A stretch of DNA of 64,000 nucleotides, taken from an uncultured Gemmatimonadales bacterium (GTDB lineage Bacteria > Gemmatimonadota > Gemmatimonadetes > Gemmatimonadales > Gemmatimonadaceae). Under the pieces are notes generated by a model. It was not told the origin of the DNA and made no database searches. It saw only the letters and a program-made list of their open reading frames with translations. Shown in pieces: positions 63,435 to 64,000 of this stretch. Each line of letters opens with the position of its first letter. Position 1 is the stretch's first letter. The DNA is taken from assembly GCA_963851265.1 (NCBI GenBank), contig CAWKNZ010000002.1, positions 320,001-384,000 of the forward strand. The letters run 5' to 3'. Both the position numbers and the translations under genes were made by a program.

Positions 63435-64000
63435 TCACGCGTGGAGCCCGGCGGCCCGCAGCGCGGCGCGCTCGACCTCCTGGTTGGGCCCGGGGTGCAG
63501 GATGTCGAACGCGCCTCCGCGCTCGCCGAGAGCGGCGTCGAGGGTGAACGCCGCGGCGCGGGCGAACCACTCCATCTCGAAGACGCGGTCGAGTGCGTCG
63601 GCGGCGTGGAAGGCGCGTGCCTCGGGCGACCGCGTGTCGGGCGGGACGTCGAGGGCGTCCTCGACGGCGTCGCGCAGCTCGGGGGGCACGTGGGTGAGGG
63701 CGCGCTCGCGTAGCTCGGCCGAGAGCCCGGCGAGCGCGCCGCCCAGCGCGACGTCGGCCGCGTCGCCGGCGTCGGGAAGCCACGCGTTGGCGAGGTGGTG
63801 CGCGAGGCCGGCGAGGAACACGCGCGCGGGGTCGGCGTCGTACGCGGGCGCGACGAGCGCGCCGGTGACCGCCACGGCCCAGCAGTGCTCGGCATGGCTC
63901 TCCATGGGCACGAGCATCAGGCGCGGCGTGTCGGGGCGCGTGGGGCCCGCGCGCGGCTGCTCGGCGAGGAGCGCGACGAATGCGGGCACGGCGGCGTGCC
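63435..64000 (-). CDS. HD-domain (YfbR-like) protein, 5' end beyond the window
   Basis: QPRAG...ESHAEHC, LAHH (HD position), ADALDRV; frame open to the window edge. Confidence 0.7.
   Translation of the reverse strand, partial: HAAVPAFVALLAEQPRAGPTRPDTPRLMLVPMESHAEHCWAVAVTGALVAPAYDADPARVFLAGLAHHLANAWLPDAGDAADVALGGALAGLSAELRERALTHVPPELRDAVEDALDVPPDTRSPEARAFHAADALDRVFEMEWFARAAAFTLDAALGERGGAFDILHPGPNQEVERAALRAAGLHA

Overview
Very GC-rich bacterial chromosomal window (roughly 73-75% GC by eye). Gene content suggests a Gemmatimonadota-like organism; this is an inference. I found no rRNA, tRNA, CRISPR array, transposase or prophage. Main blocks: glycosylation genes (GT2, SAM-methyltransferase, GT-C-like membrane protein; 1.2-4.8 kb); orphan GroES, bacilliredoxin and an ElaB-like/holin-like/DUF3618 stress trio (4.8-7.4 kb); a Tad/Flp pilus operon with two pilins (7.8-18.0 kb); an ABC-2 exporter; an HhH-GPD/4Fe-4S glycosylase next to a stand-alone SRA-like gene; a sufR-sufBCDSU operon; Wzi and M23 peptidase genes; a c-di-GMP-I riboswitch ahead of an Ig-domain lipoprotein; a peptidase-PD40-Omp85 protein; housekeeping genes (ferredoxin, RNase D, LspA-like, SufT, acyl-CoA dehydrogenase, YyaL, Fluc); and a truncated minus-strand cluster (HD protein, Gfo/Idh/MocA, MBL-fold, YcaO, TIM-barrel isomerase, GT4, PIG-L). 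Three signals stand out. (1) A non-palindromic DNA word, (C)GTTAGGC, occurs at least 32 times (6-bp core), split 16:16 between strands and across several reading frames, using rare TTA/CTA codons and TAG/TAA stops, like a DNA-uptake-sequence or HIP1-type signal. (2) A YcaO enzyme sits in a sugar/cyclitol-tailoring operon with no visible RiPP precursor. (3) An SRA-like reader lies beside a DEMETER-like glycosylase. All product calls come from motif recognition, not database searches.
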